Positions 60,321-64,000 of a stretch of 64,000 bases of DNA are shown one piece after another; position 1 is the first letter of the stretch, and the number at the start of each line of letters is the position of its first letter. The position numbers and the translations under genes were made by a program. This DNA comes from an uncultured Gemmatimonadota bacterium. Lineage in GTDB: Bacteria > SM23-81 > DAOVCL01. Location of the stretch: the NCBI GenBank assembly GCA_964626665.1, contig CAZVGK010000010.1:1-64000 (forward strand), given 5' to 3'. The notes under the pieces were generated by a model. That model saw only the letters and a program-made list of their open reading frames with translations. It had not been told where the DNA came from and made no database searches.

Positions 60321-61430
60321 TTGCTCCCCCTTAAACCGGGGGAACCCTCCCCTTCCTTCCCTTTTGGAAAGTTGCAGGAGGATCCCACTCCCCAACAGGT
60401 AGAAGAGGAGGGAGGAACCGCCATAGCTGATAAAGGGAAGGGGAAGACCCGTGGTAGGCAAGCGACCACAGGCTACCCCCACATTGAGAAGGAACCCCAG
60501 GCCGATCATGGCCAACAGCCCCAGCCCCAGGAATGAACCGTACAGATCTGGGGCCTGGAGGGAAGAACGTATCCCCCGCAACAGGAAGAAGAGAAAGAGG
60601 AGGAAAATGGTCACAATCCCCAAGAAGCCCAACTCCTCCCCCAGAGAGGAGAGGATAAAATCTGTGTGGGGTTGGGGAAGGAAGAAAAGCTTCTCCCTTC
60701 CCTCTCCTATCCCCGTCCCCAAGAGTCCACCAGAGCCCAGGGAGATGAGGGATTGATGTAGCTGATAGCCCAACTTTTTTGTGTCCTCCAAGGGGTGGAG
60801 AAATGCCCAGATCCTGTCTGTTCTGTAATGGACCTTCTGGATGAAGAAGAAGAGGATGGGTAGGGAGGAGAGGCCAATGAACAGAAGATGGCGCATCCTC
60901 ACCCCACCCAAGAACAGCATTATCCCGGCCAGGCAGAGGATGACAAAGGCTGTGCTGAAATCCGGTTCTAAGGCCACAAGGACAAATGTTATACTTACCA
61001 CTAGGAGGGGGGGGAGCAGTCCCCGGTTGAACTTCTTTATTACCTCCCTCTTTCTCTCCAGGAAATCTGCCAGGTAGAGGATAATGGAGAACTTAGCCAA
61101 CTCAGAGGGTTGAAAGGAGATAAACCCCAACCTCAGCCACCTCCCTTTTTTGAGAATTATCATTAAGGCCAAGAGGGTGAAGCTAACCAACAGAAACCAA
61201 GGGGTGGGCTTCCTGAGCCAACGGTAGTCCAGGCGCAAGGTGAACATCAGGGCGCAGAGGCCGATAAATAGCTTGAAGATGTGACGCCGGAGGAAGTAAG
61301 TGGAGTCATAACCAAACCTCTTCTGTTGAGTGAGGGGGGAACTGGAACTGTAGACGACGATGGTCCCGATGGCCAAGAGCAGGGCCAAGGAGATAACCAA
61401 TCCCAGATCAACTTTCCCCTCCTTGAACAT
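60318..61430 (-). CDS. ftsW: SEDS peptidoglycan polymerase FtsW
   Basis: RW..LG..SFQPSE.AK, PDF, HTDFI and LPFISYGGSS. Confidence 0.95.
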   Translation of the reverse strand: MFKEGKVDLGLVISLALLLAIGTIVVYSSSSPLTQQKRFGYDSTYFLRRHIFKLFIGLCALMFTLRLDYRWLRKPTPWFLLVSFTLLALMIILKKGRWLRLGFISFQPSELAKFSIILYLADFLERKREVIKKFNRGLLPPLLVVSITFVLVALEPDFSTAFVILCLAGIMLFLGGVRMRHLLFIGLSSLPILFFFIQKVHYRTDRIWAFLHPLEDTKKLGYQLHQSLISLGSGGLLGTGIGEGREKLFFLPQPHTDFILSSLGEELGFLGIVTIFLLFLFFLLRGIRSSLQAPDLYGSFLGLGLLAMIGLGFLLNVGVACGRLPTTGLPLPFISYGGSSLLFYLLGSGILLQLSKREGRGGFPRFKGEQ

Positions 61431-61449
61431 TTAGGTCTCCTTACATTAT

Positions 61450-61775
61450 TAACAGTTCACCACGGAATCTCACGGAGAAAAGCAATTATGAATTGAGAAT
61501 TAAGAATGAGGTTCATGCTGATCCCCGTTTTTCTGTACTATAATTTTGCAAGCCCTCATTTTTTTTAACAAAGTTTTTCAGGCTACCTTAAGTGGATAAC
61601 TTCTACCGCACTTTAGTGCGGGTTCAGGGCCTTTAGACCCCTTGGGTTTGAGTCCAGTCAACGGGCTAAAGCCCTGTCAACCCTCGGCTAAAGCCGGGTA
61701 GAAGAACACTTGACGTTAAGTAGTTTTTTTCTGTCTATGAAATCCGTGTAATCCGTGGTTATCTGTGGTGAACTA
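61450..61775. repeat. Intergenic element with inverted ends between murD and ftsW
   Basis: agttcaccac (61454) ... gtggtgaact (61774); the right end contains the murD stop codon. Confidence 0.7.
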
Positions 61776-63146
61776 TTGGTTTAGTCTCACATCTTGAATT
61801 TGCAGCTTTCTTACCTCTTCCTTGAATACCCTTCCCCTCTCCTCGAAGTCCGTGAACATATCGTAACTAGCACAGGCAGGGGAGAGGAGAACGGTTTCCC
61901 CTGGTTTGGCCAGTTTGTAAGCAGCCTTTACCGCCTGGGAGAGTGTAGCCACTTTGGTGATCGGGGCCAGGCCTTGCCAGCTGGTGGCCAGCTTTTCCTG
62001 GGTTTCCCCTAAAAGAATTAGACCCCTCACCCTTTCCTTGATCAGCTCTCCCAAGCTGTGGAAGTCAGAGCCTTTGTCCCTTCCCCCGGCAATAAGGATA
62101 ATGGAGGAAGGGAAGCTCAGGAGCGCATAGCGGGTGGCATCAACATTGGTCCCCTTGGAGTCGTTGATGAACCTCACCCCTCCAATGGTGTCCACCACCT
62201 CCAGCCTATGCTCCAGGCCTGGAAATGAGATTAGATGGGGAACGATCTTCTCCTTTTTTAGGCCCCAACCAAGGCAGGCGGCCACTGTGGCTAAGTAGTT
62301 GGAGAGGTTGTGCGGGCCGGGAAGGGGGAGCTCCCTGAGGCTAACAACCTTCTCCTGATGGCCGGAGAGCGAACTCACCACCCAGCCATCCTTCACCCCT
62401 ACCTCTGAACCAATCCCCTCCTGCCGGGAGAAGGTAATCACTCTGGGTTTTAACCCCTTGCTGAGAGGGGAGACTAAGGGGTCATCCCGGTTGAGGATGG
62501 CCAGATCATCCTCCCCTTGCTGGGCGAATATCCTTTGCTTTGCTTGGGCATACTCCGCAAAACTTGCGTATCTGTCCAAATGATCTGGGGTGATGTTCAG
62601 GAGGATGGCCAACTGAGGGGAGAAATCCCTTACGGTATCCAATTGAAAGCTGGATATCTCCGCCACTATGATCCCCTTCTCCGAGACCCCCCTCACCACC
62701 CCGGAGAGTGGCTGCCCAATGTTCCCAGCGACCTCTGCCTCATGGCCGGAGGATCTGAGGATGTGGCCCAAAAGCGATGTGGTGGTTGACTTTCCGTTGG
62801 ATCCGGTAACCGCCCAGAGGGGGGCTCTGGCGAACCACCAGGCCACCTCCACCTCAGATAGGATTTCAATGTCCCTCCTGCGCGCTTCCTGTAGTAGTGG
62901 CAGGGAGAGAGGGACACCAGGGGAGAGAACGATGAGCTCCGTCCCTTTCAGGGCCCTTTCAGTATGTCCTTCAGTCTCCAGTTCAATTCCTTGCAACCTC
63001 TCGACGCCTGGGGGGGAATTTATGTCTGAGCCAAACACCTGGGCTCCGGTCTCCTTTAGAAGCCTGGCCACAGCCTGGCCACTGCGAGAAAGCCCCACTA
63101 TGGTGACCCTTTTCCCTTTAAGTCCCTTTATCCTCTGGCCCTGCAA
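61773..63146 (-). CDS. murD: UDP-N-acetylmuramoyl-L-alanine--D-glutamate ligase
   Basis: VTGSNGKSTT, GNIG, SSFQL, DHLDRY, NDSKGTN and LLSPACASYD. Confidence 0.97.
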   Translation of the reverse strand: MQGQRIKGLKGKRVTIVGLSRSGQAVARLLKETGAQVFGSDINSPPGVERLQGIELETEGHTERALKGTELIVLSPGVPLSLPLLQEARRRDIEILSEVEVAWWFARAPLWAVTGSNGKSTTTSLLGHILRSSGHEAEVAGNIGQPLSGVVRGVSEKGIIVAEISSFQLDTVRDFSPQLAILLNITPDHLDRYASFAEYAQAKQRIFAQQGEDDLAILNRDDPLVSPLSKGLKPRVITFSRQEGIGSEVGVKDGWVVSSLSGHQEKVVSLRELPLPGPHNLSNYLATVAACLGWGLKKEKIVPHLISFPGLEHRLEVVDTIGGVRFINDSKGTNVDATRYALLSFPSSIILIAGGRDKGSDFHSLGELIKERVRGLILLGETQEKLATSWQGLAPITKVATLSQAVKAAYKLAKPGETVLLSPACASYDMFTDFEERGRVFKEEVRKLQIQDVRLNQ

Positions 63147-63215
63147 CTTGCTCCTTGTGCTGGCAGGTTCCCTGCCCTAAAGGTGAATATGGAAATTCGG
63201 ATTCTCCCACTGTCC

Positions 63216-64000
63216 CTATTCCTTCCGGATGATCACATCTTTTCCTTTGAGGATCAATGGTTTGCCGATTGTTAGTGTGGGAGCAGAGAAGGTGTTGTCA
63301 GACCCAGCCTTGAATATCAGTGTCGCATTATCAGGAACCTCGGCGATTGCCTCTTCAATATCTTCATACGGATCATCCGGACTGCCATCGCCGGGATTGG
63401 AGTCGCCGACAAACTTCACCACATTTAACGGAGCTATACGGGTGACATGGTGCTGTTTTAGGTTAAAAAATTCTGGGACATTGTCACAGGAGTACCAGCC
63501 ATCCCAAAATCCGCCCCACCCTAAGTTCATCTTGAACTGCCTGTCCGGATCGGTTGTCTTATTATAACCGAATACAACCCAGGCGTGTCCTCCCCCACCC
63601 AAGGTGTCCGCCCGATAACCAGAGAACTCCATAGGCCGCAGCCATTGAATTTCCTCGGTCATCGTATTTATGTTCCTTGTTCCATAGGTGGCATCGTAGT
63701 CGTACCTGAAGTGATCCTCGAGAGCATCGTCGACATCTGATGGATATGCCCCAGAACTCTTAATCCCATAATTCATTCCAACGGCAATACCGGCGTGATA
63801 GCACAGCTTGGCCACCTCGGCATCTCCATTATCAGGTGGATCTGAATGCGTATCCTCTATGATACTCCAGTTGTAGTTTGTGGCCCCAAAATTGGCATTA
63901 CAGTTAGTTGAAGCTTGCGTGAGCCTGTTCCAGAGGGTTTCGAGGGCATTTAAATAATCCGCATCGTCACTTATATTTTGTGCCCCCCCATAGAGGGAAT
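63216..64000 (-). CDS. C10 (SpeB/streptopain-like) cysteine peptidase, 5'-truncated by the window edge
   Basis: The frame stays open to 64000. ANFGATNYNW, VAKLCYHAG.AV.MNYG, GHAWVVFGY and MNLGWGG..DGWY. Confidence 0.8.
   Translation of the reverse strand, partial: SLYGGAQNISDDADYLNALETLWNRLTQASTNCNANFGATNYNWSIIEDTHSDPPDNGDAEVAKLCYHAGIAVGMNYGIKSSGAYPSDVDDALEDHFRYDYDATYGTRNINTMTEEIQWLRPMEFSGYRADTLGGGGHAWVVFGYNKTTDPDRQFKMNLGWGGFWDGWYSCDNVPEFFNLKQHHVTRIAPLNVVKFVGDSNPGDGSPDDPYEDIEEAIAEVPDNATLIFKAGSDNTFSAPTLTIGKPLILKGKDVIIRKE

Noticed and set aside
53589-63567. Numerous + strand ORFs opposite dcw genes, and similar antisense ORFs elsewhere
   Set aside because: They are shadow ORFs of well-supported genes in GC-rich coding DNA.

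Overview
This is bacterial DNA. Several secreted proteins end in a T9SS type-A/FlgD-like C-terminal domain (NYPNPFN...GIYFYRL...RKMILLK), which suggests an FCB-group lineage such as a Zixibacteria/KSB1/TA06-like organism (inference). Layout: (1) 0.15-10 kb, secreted proteases: two tandem C25 gingipain-like paralogs with near-identical 5' halves, a small CTD protein, a tricorn protease, and a RelA-zinc-finger/DUF2250-like fusion. (2) 10.5-27 kb, an AT-rich defence-type island: RadC, a Fic pseudogene, a Type III R-M system whose mod and res genes are separated by a 4.6-kb cassette with perfect 24-bp terminal inverted repeats (GHKL/MORC ATPase, two unknown genes, DNA adenine MTase), a relic res 5' end, a Schlafen/AlbA gene, a DprA-like gene, a TcmP + SPL-like radical SAM fusion, and MNT-HEPN. 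(3) 27-42 kb: rsmA/tatD, envelope proteins, several toxin-antitoxin pairs and secreted proteins. (4) 43-48.5 kb: an exported TPR-CHAT protease, an ECF sigma factor and a membrane anti-sigma. (5) 49-52.7 kb: Vor-type 2-oxoacid:ferredoxin oxidoreductase. (6) 53.4-63.1 kb: the dcw cluster ftsZ-murD, with a C10 peptidase upstream of murD. Intergenic DNA carries several REP/MITE-like repeat families. I saw no rRNA, tRNA, CRISPR array, integrase or transposase. All assignments come from reading motifs by eye; no database searches were run.
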